From an uncultured Alphaproteobacteria bacterium (GTDB lineage: Bacteria; Pseudomonadota; Alphaproteobacteria; Rhizobiales; Xanthobacteraceae), in NCBI GenBank assembly GCA_963790975.1, contig CAWBQV010000005.1, positions 124,948 to 188,947 on the forward strand: a stretch of 64,000 nt of DNA, in the 5' to 3' direction. Numbering within the stretch: the first letter of the stretch is position 1; each line of letters opens with the position of its first letter. The notes beneath the pieces were generated by a model. That model saw only the letters and a list, made by a program, of their open reading frames with translations, had not been told where the DNA came from and ran no database searches. Shown one piece after another: positions 63,062 to 64,000 of this stretch. A program made the translations under genes and the position numbers.

Positions 63062-64000
63062 TTAGGCTGCCGATTTCGCAGCCGCCGATTTCGCGGCCAC
63101 CGATTTCGCAGCATTTGCCGCGCGGTCGGGCGGCGTGTTGCCGTGGATGAGGTCGTGAATCGCGGACAGTTTTTCGACCACCGGCGGCGACAGGATGAAG
63201 GGATAGATATCGAGAAGCCCCATGGTCCGGTTGAGGCTGTTGAGCGCGTTGCTCAACGGCAGCCAGGTTTCGATCAGCGGCAAGGCCTCGCGTACTTTGT
63301 ACGGATCGAAATCGACCTGGGCGTCGAGTTCGCCCGGCCGCGCCAGCCGCGGATGCACATACATGCCGAAGGCGCGGGCCATTTCCAGCGTATCGACAAT
63401 GTGCAGGTAATGCGCCCAGGTTTCGGCGAAATCCTCCCATGGATGCGACGTCGCATAGGCGCTGATGAAATTCTCCTGCCAGTTGGCGACGGCGCCGTTG
63501 GCGTAATAGTCGTCCAGCGCCTGGCCGTAATCGGCGGTCTCGTCGCCGAAGATCTTGCGGCATGCCACCAATAGTCCGCCGTCGCGCACCAACACGTCCC
63601 AGAAATAATGGCCGACCTCGTGGCGGAAATGACCGAGCAGTGTGCGATAGGGCTCGTGCATGGTGGTGCGCCGCTTCTCGCGCTCGGCGTCGTCGGCTTC
63701 CTCGAGCGCGAGCGTGATCAGGCCGTTGTCGTGGCCGGTCATGACGCGGGGGCCGTCGACGTGCTTCGGGCTCGCCAGAAAATCGAACACCAGGCGTTCG
63801 CCGCCATTGTCGCCCTTTTCGTCGAGCGGCAGATCGAGCTTCATCAGCGTGTAGAACAACCGGCGCTTGGCGAGCTCGATCTTGCGCCAGGCGACGACAT
63901 TGTCGGCAACGCGCGTGTCGGGAATGGTCCGGTTATGCCGGCAGGCCGCGCAATAGCTATCGGGCGCGTCGGCCTCGATCATCCAGTTGCAAACCTCGAA
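63062..64000 (-). CDS. putative zinc-binding metallopeptidase (HExxH), N-terminus beyond the right edge
   Basis: HFRHEVGHYFWD (HExxH) and SHPWEDFAETWAHYLH motifs. The frame stays open to the window end (..FEVCNWMIEADAPDSYCAACRHN). The C-terminal AAKS repeats are encoded by 3 x 15-nt tandem repeats at 63067-63111. Confidence 0.65.
   Translation of the reverse strand, partial: FEVCNWMIEADAPDSYCAACRHNRTIPDTRVADNVVAWRKIELAKRRLFYTLMKLDLPLDEKGDNGGERLVFDFLASPKHVDGPRVMTGHDNGLITLALEEADDAEREKRRTTMHEPYRTLLGHFRHEVGHYFWDVLVRDGGLLVACRKIFGDETADYGQALDDYYANGAVANWQENFISAYATSHPWEDFAETWAHYLHIVDTLEMARAFGMYVHPRLARPGELDAQVDFDPYKVREALPLIETWLPLSNALNSLNRTMGLLDIYPFILSPPVVEKLSAIHDLIHGNTPPDRAANAAKSVAAKSAAAKSAA

Overview
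High-GC, gene-dense chromosomal DNA. It looks alphaproteobacterial of the Bradyrhizobiaceae/Nitrobacteraceae type, inferred from protein families, neighbourhoods such as thrB-rnhA and fdxA, and family-typical intergenic palindromic repeats. About 55 protein-coding genes are supportable. The left end carries housekeeping and redox genes: YqgE-like, a DsbD-domain protein, a Prx5 peroxiredoxin, rnhA, thrB, GST, flavin reductase and fdxA. Next come a divergent succinyl-CoA-synthetase-like pair, USP/DoxX/cupin genes and fadD. A Spy/CpxP-like periplasmic protein lies divergent from an OMF-MdtA-MdtB-MdtC RND efflux cluster. Then follow MarR-MATE, malic enzyme, a TonB-dependent receptor, a TPR/ATP-grasp plus redoxin/2OG-oxygenase pair, a cation:proton antiporter and DegP. 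A five-gene peptide-type ABC importer is translationally coupled to an AtzG/AtzE/AtzH-like triad, followed by amidase and ThDP-enzyme genes. I found no rRNA, tRNA or CRISPR array. Four things stand out. (i) Two copies, 47 kb apart, of a bipartite cassette: a paralogous ~117-aa Cys/Arg-rich ORF plus a ~445-nt hairpin-dense noncoding module with compensatory stem changes. I cannot assign it to any RNA or mobile element I know. (ii) A RAYT (REP-associated Y1 transposase) flanked by inverted GTAG-type REPs, with REPIN-like doublets elsewhere. (iii) A small GIY-YIG nuclease gene bracketed by identical 33-nt hairpin repeats inside a repeat array. (iv) Four conserved genes (rnhA, a small ORF, the TonB receptor, the AtzE-like amidase) are each broken by one extra base inside what would otherwise be a CcrM-type GANTC site. 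That pattern points to methylation-linked systematic sequencing error rather than real pseudogenes. All calls come from reading the sequence and ORF track; no database search was run.
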